Part shown: one piece after another, positions 9,516-20,569 of the stretch
How the letters are laid out: each line of letters begins with the position of its first letter
Numbering within the stretch: the stretch's first letter is position 1
Source: Candidatus Nanoarchaeia archaeon
GTDB taxonomy: Archaea > Nanobdellota > Nanobdellia > SCGC-AAA011-G17 > JAUYJU01
NCBI GenBank assembly: GCA_030700155.1
Contig: JAUYJU010000027.1
Coordinates: forward strand, 75,484-139,483
Reading direction: 5' to 3'
DNA length: 64,000 nucleotides
The notes under the pieces: model-generated
The model's input: only the letters and a program-made list of their open reading frames with translations
What the model was told of the DNA's origin: nothing
Database searches by the model: none
Translations under genes and position numbers: made by a program

Positions 9516-11729
9516 CTATCGTACCATATAAGATTGAAATATTGAAGGTTCTTTAGGCTTTAACTTATTATAAACCATCAAAGCAATTACCACTAAAATC
9601 AAGATAACAATAATAGTTATTGCAAGGGGTAACACTATTGACACTTTCTTTGCAGGAGTCCTTACAGGCACTTGTGGAACCGTTTCTCTTGGTTGTTCTC
9701 GTGGTTGTGGTATTGGAACTTCTTCTTTAGTTTCTTCTTTTACTTCAGGTTCCTCCACAGTTTCTTCTACAATCTCTTCAGCTTCTTCACTAACTTTTTC
9801 TTTTGCAGGAATCTCTACAATAACATAAACTTCTGCTTCAATTTGCTCTTGAGGATATTCAATAACTAAAGTTTCAGCCTCGCTTGAAGATTCGTCTAAT
9901 AAATCTACAAATACCCCGTAAGTAGTTAGACCATAACTATGATCATCTTCTTGACTTAATGGAGTTCCACTAAAAGAAGAAATTCCAACTTCATTTCCTA
10001 CTCTTGATTCCATCTGCCATTGTATTGTTTCATCTCCAGAAGCTTCATCTAATTGACTAGATTGAGTAGTTAAAGTAATTGTGAAATTTCCAGGATAATT
10101 ACTAGAACCTAAATCTATTATACCTCCACCTTCAAGAACAATATTAGCTTCTCCACTATTTAAAGAACCATCACCATTTAGATCTATTGCTAAAGGATTT
10201 CCACTATTATCTTGGATATAAACTCTGTAAGTGTTTCCATCAACAACTAAATCAGCAGTTCCCAATTGCCCCGAAGTACTGGAAGTTTGATAAGTAACTT
10301 GTTTTGTTCCAGTAGCTAAATCATCAAATGTCAATGTTTGTGATGCGGTATCTATGGTATTATATCTCAAAATATTAGTATATCCAGTTCGATCATTATC
10401 ATTATTCAATACAAAATAATCATTTATATTTACTATATAATTTGTAGTGTTTGCTGCTTCAATAAAAGTAAGGTTATTGTCATCGTCTCCAAAATTAAAT
10501 GTGCCACCTTTGTTATTTAATAACGGAAAAATATAGTCTCTGCCCCTTCTATTTGTAAAATGCAGCCTATAACTATCATCTCCAGAAGGGTCTAACTTCA
10601 TTGAAGTCTTATCTGGATTGGATAATCCTTCATAAACAACATCCCAAAAAGGGGTAATCATAGCTTCTTTTTGTGGTATTTTTTCTTTCAAACCTTCTCC
10701 AGCACCAATATGTAACTCGTCTCTTGTAACTAATCTATAATTTATTGAAGTAATTTCAAATTCAGTTGAACTTATTTCAGTACCTCTTATTTGAACAAAA
10801 CCATCTGTGATTATTTTTCCATTAATATCAAGACCTTTTACAAAACTAGTATCAGTATAATCACTATCACTAAATGTTACCCTATCAACCTCTATGTAAA
10901 TATCAACTTGGTCTGATCCACCCTCTCCAGCTTCTGAACTTAAAATATTATCAACCAAAATAAAATGACCATTCATTGGAGTTAATTCTCCTTCTTGTAT
11001 GGTTTTTAGTTGAACTCCATTAACTATCAAACTTACTCTTGGGGTTGTGACATCAGTAACAACTGCAACTTCAATTTCATATTCTCTTTCTTCTATTTTA
11101 AACACTTTTTTTTCACCTTCTTTCATTGTCGCTTTTATTGGTGCGCTTGTTAGTTGTATTGTAATCTCATTAGTATCAATATCTATCTTTGTGTTAGTAA
11201 CAGTATAAACTCTTCCAAGAACATTTATAGTTTCATCATCAAGTTCAGATAATTTATTACTTGAAATATCAGACTCAAAACCTTCTTCAAATTCTATTTC
11301 ATACTCAAACATAGCATCGCTAGCATTATTTCCATCATCAACATATATATAATCAGAAATCTTATCGTCTTTAGTGAAGTTTACTATCAATCCATCAAAA
11401 TTATCTGCATCTTCAAATCTCAAATATTGATTATACTTTGTAGTAGCCCCAGAAGTAAAGACTTGTCCTCCTTGCAATAATACGGGAAGATTTTTTTCAG
11501 TCAAGGCAGAATAAATATCACCAAAATTCTCTCTTAATTCTAAAATATCATTGCCTGATTGTAATTTAAACTTAACAGTTTCTCTTTCCTGAGCCTCTTG
11601 TACAACTCTCGCAGTGGGGATTAAAACATCTTTATGTGGGTTGACTATAATCTGTAACGCAAATAGCATAAATAAGTATAAGACAAATACAATAAAAATG
11701 GTACCTAATATGCTTGCCGATTTACTCAT
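9516..11729 (-). CDS. Large acidic S-layer-like surface protein with N- and C-terminal membrane anchors
   Basis: Beta-rich D/E/T/N-rich body resembling DPANN S-layer-type proteins (recognised from memory), DLNGDG loop, E/P-rich linker, C-terminal TM followed by a basic tail. Confidence 0.55.
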   Translation of the reverse strand: MSKSASILGTIFIVFVLYLFMLFALQIIVNPHKDVLIPTARVVQEAQERETVKFKLQSGNDILELRENFGDIYSALTEKNLPVLLQGGQVFTSGATTKYNQYLRFEDADNFDGLIVNFTKDDKISDYIYVDDGNNASDAMFEYEIEFEEGFESDISSNKLSELDDETINVLGRVYTVTNTKIDIDTNEITIQLTSAPIKATMKEGEKKVFKIEEREYEIEVAVVTDVTTPRVSLIVNGVQLKTIQEGELTPMNGHFILVDNILSSEAGEGGSDQVDIYIEVDRVTFSDSDYTDTSFVKGLDINGKIITDGFVQIRGTEISSTEFEITSINYRLVTRDELHIGAGEGLKEKIPQKEAMITPFWDVVYEGLSNPDKTSMKLDPSGDDSYRLHFTNRRGRDYIFPLLNNKGGTFNFGDDDNNLTFIEAANTTNYIVNINDYFVLNNDNDRTGYTNILRYNTIDTASQTLTFDDLATGTKQVTYQTSSTSGQLGTADLVVDGNTYRVYIQDNSGNPLAIDLNGDGSLNSGEANIVLEGGGIIDLGSSNYPGNFTITLTTQSSQLDEASGDETIQWQMESRVGNEVGISSFSGTPLSQEDDHSYGLTTYGVFVDLLDESSSEAETLVIEYPQEQIEAEVYVIVEIPAKEKVSEEAEEIVEETVEEPEVKEETKEEVPIPQPREQPRETVPQVPVRTPAKKVSIVLPLAITIIVILILVVIALMVYNKLKPKEPSIFQSYMVR

Positions 11730-11778
11730 AAAATAACCCCTTTTCAGAATAATCTAACCAAAACATGATATAAATAGT

Positions 11779-12090
11779 TTACTCTTCCTTTAATCTGAAC
11801 AATATAGTTACTCTATACAACAGCTTACTGGTAAATTTATGCTGAGTATAAAGCTGTTTAGACAGGGTTAATTTTCCATCAAAACGCTTTTTAAGCTTTT
11901 TTCCAAGAGCCATTGCAAACCTTCTTGAAGAAATGTAAATATCTATTCCTGTTTTAAGCTCTTCAATTTTAGCTATACGACAACTTTTACTATTTTCTAC
12001 CTCCTCTATGACATATCTAACTAATTTCTCTTTAGCAGGTCTTAATTGAACCTTAGCTTCATAATAATCAGGACGAGGTGGATTGAGCAT
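11779..12090 (-). CDS. Short Nmd3-family protein (C-terminal domain only)
   Basis: YYEAKVQLR..GIDIYISS..LYRVTILFR; located in the usual eif2b-DUF424-nmd3 order. Confidence 0.75.
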   Translation of the reverse strand: MLNPPRPDYYEAKVQLRPAKEKLVRYVIEEVENSKSCRIAKIEELKTGIDIYISSRRFAMALGKKLKKRFDGKLTLSKQLYTQHKFTSKLLYRVTILFRLKEE

Positions 12091-12361
12091 GAGGAACTCC
12101 TTGTATTTTTATTATGTTATTTTCTGATATAACACCGCACTTCAATGCAAATGCAATTGCTTTTTCACCTAAAACATTCAAATTAATAGCCCCTTTCAAA
12201 ATTAAAGAAAGTTTATCTTCGTTTAATTCTTCACCTTTATAGAACTTTTCGCTTACTTTTAGCTCAATTTCACCTTGAGTTAAAGTTTTTCCTATCAAAG
12301 CTTTATCACACAAAGCAATAATATTTCTCTGCTCCGGAGTTTCATGGATTTTGATGTACAT
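12068..12361 (-). CDS. DUF424 family protein
   Basis: IIALCDKALIGKTL..FYKGE..NVLGEKAI..IQGVPHAQ. Confidence 0.85.
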   Translation of the reverse strand: MYIKIHETPEQRNIIALCDKALIGKTLTQGEIELKVSEKFYKGEELNEDKLSLILKGAINLNVLGEKAIAFALKCGVISENNIIKIQGVPHAQSTSS

Positions 12362-12774
12362 CAGATTATTTTTGCCCTTATTGGGTATTTAGCACCACAA
12401 GCCATACACTGCAATGAAGAAACTCTATCTTCTTTTACAATTTTTGTATCTGGTTTACCACATTCTTTGCAAATTACAAAATCTTTGGCATACTGCTCTA
12501 TTTTTTGATTTACAAATGAAGATGATAACTTTCTATTCAAAATTAATCTCTGTCCATCAACACCTGCTGGAACTGCCAACTCTCTTTGTAAATATTTCAA
12601 GACTTGTTGTGGATCTCTTCCAAATAAATCACAAATTTGAAAAAAATTAAGAATTATTGTTTTATTACCCTCAACATGGCCTTTAACTTTTGGAATTTCA
12701 AATCTTTCTGTTCCTGCCTTAACTTCAGGTAATTCTTTCTTAGCTTTCTTTAATAATTCTTCATAGCCTGTCAT
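12361..12774 (-). CDS. eif2b: Translation initiation factor aIF-2 beta
   Basis: ERFEIPK..GNKTIILNF..YLQRELA; C-terminal CKECGKPDT..CMACG Zn ribbon. Confidence 0.95.
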   Translation of the reverse strand: MTGYEELLKKAKKELPEVKAGTERFEIPKVKGHVEGNKTIILNFFQICDLFGRDPQQVLKYLQRELAVPAGVDGQRLILNRKLSSSFVNQKIEQYAKDFVICKECGKPDTKIVKEDRVSSLQCMACGAKYPIRAKII

Positions 12775-12813
12775 GTTCTAGGCTTCAGAAAACGCAGTTT
12801 ATAAAGGTTTTGG

Positions 12814-13482
12814 CTAAATCACCTTATATTTACCAGGTCTAGACTGATATATTTCTCCCTCACTCAATAACTCTTTCAAAACGCCATCAATTTCTTCATC
12901 ACTTAATTTTAAGACTTCTGCAAATTTAGAATAATCAGCACCATCAGGACCTGCATGCTCAACAAGGCTCAAAACTCTATTCCTAATATCAGAACTTGAA
13001 CCAGAAACTTCTTCAACAACAGTCCCTTGCTCAGTTGCAACTTCAATCATCTCTTTTCCATCATCTTTTATTTCTTCCGGTTTTCCATATTCATTTATTA
13101 ATTCTAATTTTCTAACTAATTCCCAATTAGGATTATCCAAAACCTTAACCAATTCTGGTAATATATAACGTTCATCATTATATTCCCTTAATCTTCCAAA
13201 TACGCTCACGATATCCCCGACTTTAATATTTTCCAATAAGCTAAGATCATCTTTGAAAGCCTTTACATTTACAGTTCCAGAGCCATCATCCAATGAAATT
13301 GAAGAAAAACCACTTTCTGGTTTTACAAAAGTATCAACAACTGTAGCAACTATACTCACACGACTAATATTTTTATCTTTAACAATAATAAACTGAGAAC
13401 CGAATTCTCCAGGTTCTTTTTGCATCTGCCCGATACTTAATTGAGATATCCAAATTTTGTAAGCAGGTTTTCTTTGAATCAT
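12814..13482 (-). CDS. RPA32-like OB-fold plus C-terminal winged-helix ssDNA-binding subunit
   Basis: RVSIVATVVD..LDDGSGTVNVKAF..VFGRLREY; C-terminal LLSEGEIYQSRPGKYK; translationally coupled to mcm. Confidence 0.8.
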   Translation of the reverse strand: MIQRKPAYKIWISQLSIGQMQKEPGEFGSQFIIVKDKNISRVSIVATVVDTFVKPESGFSSISLDDGSGTVNVKAFKDDLSLLENIKVGDIVSVFGRLREYNDERYILPELVKVLDNPNWELVRKLELINEYGKPEEIKDDGKEMIEVATEQGTVVEEVSGSSSDIRNRVLSLVEHAGPDGADYSKFAEVLKLSDEEIDGVLKELLSEGEIYQSRPGKYKVI

Positions 13483-15500
13483 ATTTTCTGTATATGCCCT
13501 CTCTTTGGTTCAAAAATATCTCCAGACCTCTTAAGTTTCTCTATAACTTCCTCAATATTTCTCTCTGTCAATCCTTTTTCCATAGCTTCAGCCATAATAT
13601 CCTCAATAGGAATAGTCTTCTTACCTTTAGCTTCAAAAGCATCTATAATCTCTCTTATAACAACCATCTTGTTTCTAGTTGCAGCGGTAATTCCAGTACC
13701 TATCCTATCTATGTCTATCTGTCCGGTTTCTGGGTCAAATCCAACTTGCATCAAACAGTATTTCAACAAATTAATAGCACGTTTAGCATCTTGTCTTGTA
13801 ACTTTATCACTTAATCTTACACGAGCAGAACCTTCAGCAAGACGAACTAAAGCTTCCAACTGTCTTGCGGTAATTGGAATTGCTTTTATTCCTTCGCCTT
13901 CAGTTTCTTGATTTCTTAAATTAACATAAAAAGATTTTATTTCTTCCATTGCACCTTCAGTTAATTTTGGACTAACTTTTTGTTTTACATAAGCAATATA
14001 CTTTTTCATCAAAGCAACAGGTATATCTGGTTCAATCATATCCTGATCTTTTTGGAAACCTAAAATTCTAGTTGCAATTTTATTATCTGTATCTTTATTA
14101 GGGATATCCCTTACTGGAAAAATTAAATCAAAACGATTAATCAAAGTTGGAGGTAAATCAATTTGCGAGGGAATTGGTTGATAAGGATCAAACCTTCCTA
14201 ATTTCGGATTTGCTGCAGCCAATACAGTAGTTTGCGCCCTTAAGGTTGCATTTATATTTGCTTTAGAAATAGTAATTGTCTGTTGTTCTAAAGCCTCATG
14301 CATCGCACTTCTATCTTCAGGTTCCATCTTATCTAACTCGTCAATCATACAATAGCCACCATTAGCTAAAACTAAAGCTCCGCCTTCTAATGCCCAAGTT
14401 TTCAAAAATTCATCTTTCACAACCGCAGCAGTAAGTCCTGCACCAGTGCTGCTCTTACCAGAAACATATCTTGCTTTTGGAGCAATCTTAGTCATAAATA
14501 ATAATAAAGTTGATTTTGCTGCACCAGGATCTCCAACAAGTAAAACATGCATATCTCCCCTTATAATTGTTCCATCAGACTTTACCTTTTTAACTCCCCC
14601 CATCATTTGTAAGATTAATCCTTCTTTAATATCATCATGTCCATAAACTGAAGGAGCGATTGAATTTCTTAATTTATTATAAATCTCAGGATCAGTAGCT
14701 AATTGTTTGATTTTTTCTTCCTCTTCAGGCGTAATCTCCATATCTTCATAAGTTTCTTCTATTGGCTCAATATAATTTGCCTCAACACTTAAATCATATC
14801 TAACTGAAGTTGCACCAGTTTTAGTAGTTATAGGATGTTCTTTAATCAAACCAATAACCCTAATTTTAGCTCCAGGAGTTGTTCTTCTTTCCATAGAAGG
14901 TTCAACTAAATCTTCTTGTAAAAAAATCGGAATTCTTTTTGGTTGTTCTCCTCCTTGTAAGGATTCAGGAGCTTCTTCAATCCAAATTCTTTGAACATCA
15001 ATTAATTCTTTTGACAGCATTTTAAATTGTCCTCTTCTTCCACAAGAACATCTACTAGGTTCTTTGAATTTATCAAAATCATCTTGGACAATTTTAATAA
15101 CATTACCACAAGCAGGGCATTCAAATCTTGCTGATACTGCTCTAGGTCTTACATCAGAAGTCTGTCTTATCAATCCATCAAGTGTGATTAATTTTCTTAA
15201 ATCAGTAGAACGAATATTCTTAATGGAAATTCCTTGAGAAGTTGGTAAGTTAGTAAATCTTGCTCTTATTTTAAGTTCATCTGGAATATCAAATTGTGAA
15301 ATTGCAGATTCAATTGCAGCGATAACTTCAATAGGTTCATTTAATAATTCTTCAGAAAGTTCTGGGTCATATTTAGCTAAATCCGCAAAATCTATAATTA
15401 AAGATCTCTTACCTTGATTAACTAAGTGCACCAACTTCTTTTTATAGTGCGTTTCAATGAAATCATGAAACTTCTCAATCTGATCAGTAGTAGTCACCAA
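13479..15500 (-). CDS. mcm: MCM replicative helicase (no intein)
   Basis: CPACG/CSCG Zn finger, GDPGAAKS Walker A, GLTAAV, IDELDKM, MHEALEQQTITISKA, AAANP, ITARQLEALVRLAE. Confidence 0.97.
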   Translation of the reverse strand: MVTTTDQIEKFHDFIETHYKKKLVHLVNQGKRSLIIDFADLAKYDPELSEELLNEPIEVIAAIESAISQFDIPDELKIRARFTNLPTSQGISIKNIRSTDLRKLITLDGLIRQTSDVRPRAVSARFECPACGNVIKIVQDDFDKFKEPSRCSCGRRGQFKMLSKELIDVQRIWIEEAPESLQGGEQPKRIPIFLQEDLVEPSMERRTTPGAKIRVIGLIKEHPITTKTGATSVRYDLSVEANYIEPIEETYEDMEITPEEEEKIKQLATDPEIYNKLRNSIAPSVYGHDDIKEGLILQMMGGVKKVKSDGTIIRGDMHVLLVGDPGAAKSTLLLFMTKIAPKARYVSGKSSTGAGLTAAVVKDEFLKTWALEGGALVLANGGYCMIDELDKMEPEDRSAMHEALEQQTITISKANINATLRAQTTVLAAANPKLGRFDPYQPIPSQIDLPPTLINRFDLIFPVRDIPNKDTDNKIATRILGFQKDQDMIEPDIPVALMKKYIAYVKQKVSPKLTEGAMEEIKSFYVNLRNQETEGEGIKAIPITARQLEALVRLAEGSARVRLSDKVTRQDAKRAINLLKYCLMQVGFDPETGQIDIDRIGTGITAATRNKMVVIREIIDAFEAKGKKTIPIEDIMAEAMEKGLTERNIEEVIEKLKRSGDIFEPKRGHIQKI

Positions 15501-15567
15501 AGTAATTTTTCCTCAGGGGTCTTTAAAATAGGAAAATGAATTTATATAGATTTATAGGCTTGGATAG

Positions 15568-16122
15568 CTATTTTCTCTTAAGCTTATGGAGATTCTTAAC
15601 CAATAAATCAACAGCCTCTCTCAATTTAGTCTCAGACCTTGTTCCAGTGCAAACAATTTTACCATTACTAAAAAGCAAAAAGGTAGCCCTTGTTCCAGGT
15701 AGTTTATAGACTAATCCAGGAAACTGTTCAGGTTCATATTCGGTATTTTCAAGTTCCATAGCTAATGAATTCAAATTTAAATCCATTCCAATAGAACCAG
15801 AAGCCACCATATTTTGAACCTTAATTTGTGGAGCCTTAGTAATCTTGATTTTTATCTTCTCAAGATTTTGTATAATCTTTCCAACAGCTTCTTTTACCTT
15901 GCCCATTGATTTAGCACCAGTGCAAACAATTTTACCAGAACTAAAAATCAAAGCAGAAGTCTTAGGTTCTTTTATTCTCATTACTAATCCAGGAAACTGT
16001 TCAGGGTTATATTCTGTATTAGGCAAAGCTTCAGCTAATTTTATTAAAGGAATATCTTTTTCTAGGGATGCAGAAGCCACTATGTTTTGAATTTTAATCT
16101 CAGCTTTAGATCTTTTTGCCAT
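15568..16122 (-). CDS. tbp: TATA-box-binding protein
   Basis: Two repeats NIVAS..YNPEQFPGL..LIFSSGKIVCTG. Confidence 0.98.
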   Translation of the reverse strand: MAKRSKAEIKIQNIVASASLEKDIPLIKLAEALPNTEYNPEQFPGLVMRIKEPKTSALIFSSGKIVCTGAKSMGKVKEAVGKIIQNLEKIKIKITKAPQIKVQNMVASGSIGMDLNLNSLAMELENTEYEPEQFPGLVYKLPGTRATFLLFSNGKIVCTGTRSETKLREAVDLLVKNLHKLKRK

Positions 16123-16200
16123 AAATAACCCCCAAATATACTTAGTTATTTATAAAGGCAGAAAGGTTTATAAATCTATTTAAAAAGCCTCAAAAGTCTT

Positions 16201-16590
16201 CTAGAGCTTGGATTCAATGGTTTTAACCATTTCTTCCACTTCAGAGATCCATACTTCTTCATCATAATCGGACTTTTTAGTATATAATGCAGCCCAATAC
16301 ATATCTTCCAATCCCTTTTTCACAAATTGAGGAAGTTCTATCTCCCAAAGTAATCTCCTAGCAATATCGGCATTATATTCTCCAGACAATCTTAAGTTAA
16401 GGTATACTTCTCTAAAAGAATCGTAAGTTAAAAAATTCTCTACTTTACCATCTTTCCTATATTTTCTTAATATATAAGAAACATTTCTCCAATGCTGACC
16501 TTCCTCAGAGAGAATTTTTAACCTTTCAACATCTTTAGCTTTTTCAGGTAATTTACTAAACCAAGACGCCCTACGTCCCTCTTTTGCCAT
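16201..16590 (-). CDS. Hypothetical protein
   Basis: 129-aa ORF with upstream TATA-like element; no recognised motif. Confidence 0.55.
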   Translation of the reverse strand: MAKEGRRASWFSKLPEKAKDVERLKILSEEGQHWRNVSYILRKYRKDGKVENFLTYDSFREVYLNLRLSGEYNADIARRLLWEIELPQFVKKGLEDMYWAALYTKKSDYDEEVWISEVEEMVKTIESKL

Positions 16591-16638
16591 AAACTTTAAA
16601 AATAAATACTATTTTTATAGATTTATCTAGTAGAAACC

Positions 16639-19542
16639 TTATTTTACATTAAATGAGATTTCAAATTCATAATCCCTTATTTTCTCTTTACTACTATGTT
16701 TATACTTTCCATTAATATCAAAAGTCAAACTTTCAGCACCAACTTTATTTTTAATATCTAATTCGAATTTACTCAAGTCAACCTTAGAAGCTATAGCTAA
16801 TACTATTCTATCCTCCTTCTTCAAGCCTGCATTTTTTCTCAAAGCCTGAACTTTCCTCATAACCTCTCTTGCATAACCTTCTTGTTCTAATTCAGGAGTT
16901 GATTTTTCGTCTAACTTTACAAAAAAGTCTCCTTTTTTTACTTTTATTTCTTTGACATTGGTTTGTCTTTTTATTATTTCAACTAAATCCTTTATTGAAT
17001 TAGGTTCTTTTAAAGAAATTTCAGCAGAAGCTAAAGGCCATCTAATTCCTTGTTTTATTTTCTCTCTTTCAGCTAATATTCCCTGTATAACTTCTTTAAC
17101 AATTTCAAAATTACTTTCTAGTTTCTCATCAATTAATTTATTATCTGATTTAGGCCAATCTTCTAAATGAACAGAATCTTTCTTCAGTCCAAAATCTTTA
17201 ATATTTTGGTATATTTTTTCAGTAACATAGGGGCATATTGGAGCTAATAATTTCAAACAAATTGAAATTGTTTCAAACATTACATAACTTACTGCTTCAT
17301 CTCCATTGTCTGCTCTTTCCCTAATCCACTGAATATATTCTCTACTTAGATTATTGGTTATAAATCTGGTTAATTCTCTTGTGCCTACATGATATTCAAA
17401 TTTCTCAACATTATCTTGGTAATTTTTCATCATAGAATTCAATCTAGAAATTAACCATTTATCTTCAACTTCTTTCAAAGTCACTTTCTTAATCTTATCA
17501 GTTTGGTCTAAAAGATAATTGTGCAAATTCCAAAATATGTTCAACACACTCCAGACTTCTTTCTTTATTGTATCTACATTAAATTTCTGAGTTTCATAAG
17601 GAGCAGTATCCATCATATAATACAATCTTGTTGAATCTGCCCCATAAGTCTCTAAACATGCTTTAGCAGTAACTACATTACCTAAAGATTTACTCATCTT
17701 TTCTCCTTTAGAATCCAAAACCCAACCAGGCATGGACACAGTTTCATAAGGTTGTTTATTCTGAACAGCAACTCCAGTAAACATCAAAGAATAAAACCAT
17801 CCTCTTATCTGATCTTGTGATTCATTAATTCTTGAAACTGGGTAATGTTCATCAAATAGTTTCTTATTTTCAAATGGATATCCTAAAGAAGCCCAAGGAG
17901 CTATTCCAGAATCAAACCATACATCAAAGATTTCATTAATTCTATCTGCAGGTTTTTTACACTCACTACATTTAACCTGAACTTTACTTGCATTATGTAA
18001 ATCAAAATTATCTTTTACTTCTTTTGTAGCATGTTTTTGTAAATCTTTCAATGAACCCATAACATTTAACTGTCCACATTCACATTTCCATAAAGGAATT
18101 GGTATTCCCCAATACCTTTGTCTTGAAAAATTCCAATCATCAGCATTAGCAACCCAATTAGCAAATCTTTCACGTGCAAATTCAGGATACCAATTAACCT
18201 CTTCATTGTATTTCAGCATTTTATCTTTTATCATATCAACTTTGAAGAACCATTGATTACTTAATCTAAATATCAAAGGAGCTTTACATCTCCAGCAAAC
18301 AGGATAACTATGGCTTATTTTTTCATGATGTAATAAATTTCCAGTTCTATCTAAAGTCTCTATAATATCATCATCAGCTTTCTTTACAAATACGCCTTTG
18401 AATTCTCCTGCATCATCAGTATATTTACATTCATCATCTAAAGGGCTAGGAGAAGGCAAATTATAGTGATTTCCAACTTCATTGTCAGTTTTACCATGTC
18501 CAGGAGCAATATGGACTAATCCAGTTCCATCAGCAACGTTTACAAAGTCTTCAAATACATCTCCACCTTTAGTTCCCTTCTTAATTGCCATCTTAGAAGC
18601 AACTCTCTCTTTTAATATTGGAATTGACATGTAAACTCTATGAGCTTTAGAATTTTTTTCTAATTCTTTTTGAGTTGGAACATCAATCACAGATTCGTAT
18701 TCAAGTCCATCTAACTTTTTACCTTTGAATTCTTCTAAGATTTTAAAACCTAATTCTAATTTTTCTAAAAGCTCTAACCTTGCTTTAGCTAAAATTAAAA
18801 CTCCTTTTGCAGTTTCAACTTTTACATAATCTTCATTAGGATGAGCAGCAACAGCCACATTAGAAATCAAAGTCCAAGGAGTTGTTGTAAAGACTAATAA
18901 AAATTCATTTTTACCTTTAACTTTAAATTTAATATAAATACTTGGATCAGTCATCATTTTATAAGAATCAGTAGTCTCATAACCAGCCAAAGCAGTTTGA
19001 CATGAAGGACACCAGAAAACTGGACGTTTTCCTTCGTAAACCATTCCTTTATCAAACATTTGTTTAAAAGTCCACCAAGCAGATTCTAAGTAAGAATTAT
19101 TATAAGTAAAATAAGGATCTTTCCAAACATACCAAGAACCTAAGTTATCATAAACTTCCATCCATAATTTCATGTTAGTAGTTGCATTTTCTCTGCATTC
19201 TTTGTTAAACTTATCAACACCATATTTAACAATCTCTTGTTTAGACTTAAAATTCAATTTTTTCTCAACCATATTTTCAATAGGCAATCCATGCGTATCA
19301 AATCCTGGTTGGAATAGAACATCATAACCTTGCATAAAAGCTAGTTTTACATGTAGGTCTTTGTAAACCGTATTTCTTATGTGCCCAACATGAGGAATAT
19401 AATTAGCATAGGGTGGCCCATCTAACAGAAAAAAGCTTTTTTTACCTTTATTCTTAGACATGACCTTTTCAGAAAGCTTGATCTTCTTCCAAAAAGCCTT
19501 TACTTCCTTTTCTATTTCATTAAAGCTAAACATCACTATCAT
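16639..19542 (-). CDS. ileS: Isoleucyl-tRNA synthetase (archaeal/eukaryote type)
   Basis: LDGPPYAN, PHVGH, GFDTHGLPIE, WTTTPWT-like FTTTPWTL, GTGLVHIAPGHG, SRQRYWGIPIP, DQIRGWF, KMSKS. Confidence 0.97.
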   Translation of the reverse strand: MIVMFSFNEIEKEVKAFWKKIKLSEKVMSKNKGKKSFFLLDGPPYANYIPHVGHIRNTVYKDLHVKLAFMQGYDVLFQPGFDTHGLPIENMVEKKLNFKSKQEIVKYGVDKFNKECRENATTNMKLWMEVYDNLGSWYVWKDPYFTYNNSYLESAWWTFKQMFDKGMVYEGKRPVFWCPSCQTALAGYETTDSYKMMTDPSIYIKFKVKGKNEFLLVFTTTPWTLISNVAVAAHPNEDYVKVETAKGVLILAKARLELLEKLELGFKILEEFKGKKLDGLEYESVIDVPTQKELEKNSKAHRVYMSIPILKERVASKMAIKKGTKGGDVFEDFVNVADGTGLVHIAPGHGKTDNEVGNHYNLPSPSPLDDECKYTDDAGEFKGVFVKKADDDIIETLDRTGNLLHHEKISHSYPVCWRCKAPLIFRLSNQWFFKVDMIKDKMLKYNEEVNWYPEFARERFANWVANADDWNFSRQRYWGIPIPLWKCECGQLNVMGSLKDLQKHATKEVKDNFDLHNASKVQVKCSECKKPADRINEIFDVWFDSGIAPWASLGYPFENKKLFDEHYPVSRINESQDQIRGWFYSLMFTGVAVQNKQPYETVSMPGWVLDSKGEKMSKSLGNVVTAKACLETYGADSTRLYYMMDTAPYETQKFNVDTIKKEVWSVLNIFWNLHNYLLDQTDKIKKVTLKEVEDKWLISRLNSMMKNYQDNVEKFEYHVGTRELTRFITNNLSREYIQWIRERADNGDEAVSYVMFETISICLKLLAPICPYVTEKIYQNIKDFGLKKDSVHLEDWPKSDNKLIDEKLESNFEIVKEVIQGILAEREKIKQGIRWPLASAEISLKEPNSIKDLVEIIKRQTNVKEIKVKKGDFFVKLDEKSTPELEQEGYAREVMRKVQALRKNAGLKKEDRIVLAIASKVDLSKFELDIKNKVGAESLTFDINGKYKHSSKEKIRDYEFEISFNVK

Positions 19543-19618
19543 CTCAATTTAGAGGATTTATATAAGTTATTGTTCTATACAAAAACATATAAATGCCGGT
19601 TCTCTAGACCATCTTACT

Positions 19619-20569
19619 ATGAAGATTTGGACTGAAAAGTTTAGGCCTCAGGATTTCTCTGAAGTAGTTGGTCAGGAGCATATAGTTTCAAGAATTAAGG
19701 CTTTTGTAGAACAAAAAAACATGCCTCATTTATTATTTGCGGGCCCTGCAGGAGTAGGTAAAACAACTTTATCTTTAATCATAGCAAAAAAATTATTTGG
19801 AGAATTATGGAGGAATAATTTCCTAGACCTTAACGCTTCTGACGACAGAGGTATTGACATAGTTAGATCGCAAATAAAAGACTTTGCAAGGACTAAAGCC
19901 ATAGGAGATGTTCCTTTCAGAATTATTTATTTAGATGAATGTGATTCACTAACAAGAGAAGCACAACAAGCATTAAGAAGAACCATGGAAAATTTCTCAG
20001 ACTCATGCAGATTTATTTTATCTTGTAATTATTCTTCAAAGATACTTGATCCAATACAATCAAGATGTTCAATATTCAGATTCAAACCGTTAGAAAAGAA
20101 AGATATTCAAAAATTGATAGAAAGAATAGCAAAAGAAGAAAAAATTAAAGTTGATGCAAAAGCAATAGATGCTCTATTTGAAGTTTCAAATGGAGATTGC
20201 AGAAAATTAGAAAATATTCTTCAAAGTTGCTCTGCAATAGATAAAAACATAACTGAAGAATTAATCTACAAATTAGTTGCTGCAGCAGAACCTAAAGAAA
20301 TTAATGAAGTACTTGCAACGGCAGTTAATGGAGATTTCATAAAGTCAAGAAACAAATTATTAGATATAATGTTAAAACATGGTCTATCAGGATTAGATAT
20401 AATAAAACAAATACAAAAAGAAATTTGGAATTTAGATGCTAGTGATAAGGCAAAAGTAGCTATGACTGAAAAATGTGGAGAAATTGAATTCAGGATGGTA
20501 GAAGGCTCTGATGAGTTCCTACAATTAGAAGCACTATTAGCTAGTTTTACTGTAATAAAAGGAGAATAA
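19619..20569 (+). CDS. rfcS: Replication factor C small subunit
   Basis: WTEKFRP, GPAGVGKTT, LNASDDRG, LDECD, AQQALRR, IQSRC. Confidence 0.97.
   Translation: MKIWTEKFRPQDFSEVVGQEHIVSRIKAFVEQKNMPHLLFAGPAGVGKTTLSLIIAKKLFGELWRNNFLDLNASDDRGIDIVRSQIKDFARTKAIGDVPFRIIYLDECDSLTREAQQALRRTMENFSDSCRFILSCNYSSKILDPIQSRCSIFRFKPLEKKDIQKLIERIAKEEKIKVDAKAIDALFEVSNGDCRKLENILQSCSAIDKNITEELIYKLVAAAEPKEINEVLATAVNGDFIKSRNKLLDIMLKHGLSGLDIIKQIQKEIWNLDASDKAKVAMTEKCGEIEFRMVEGSDEFLQLEALLASFTVIKGE

Noticed and set aside
16639-19542. Inteins in IleRS, MCM, RFC or PolB (common hosts)
   Set aside because: Lengths are normal and no C/S...HN splice motifs interrupt conserved blocks.
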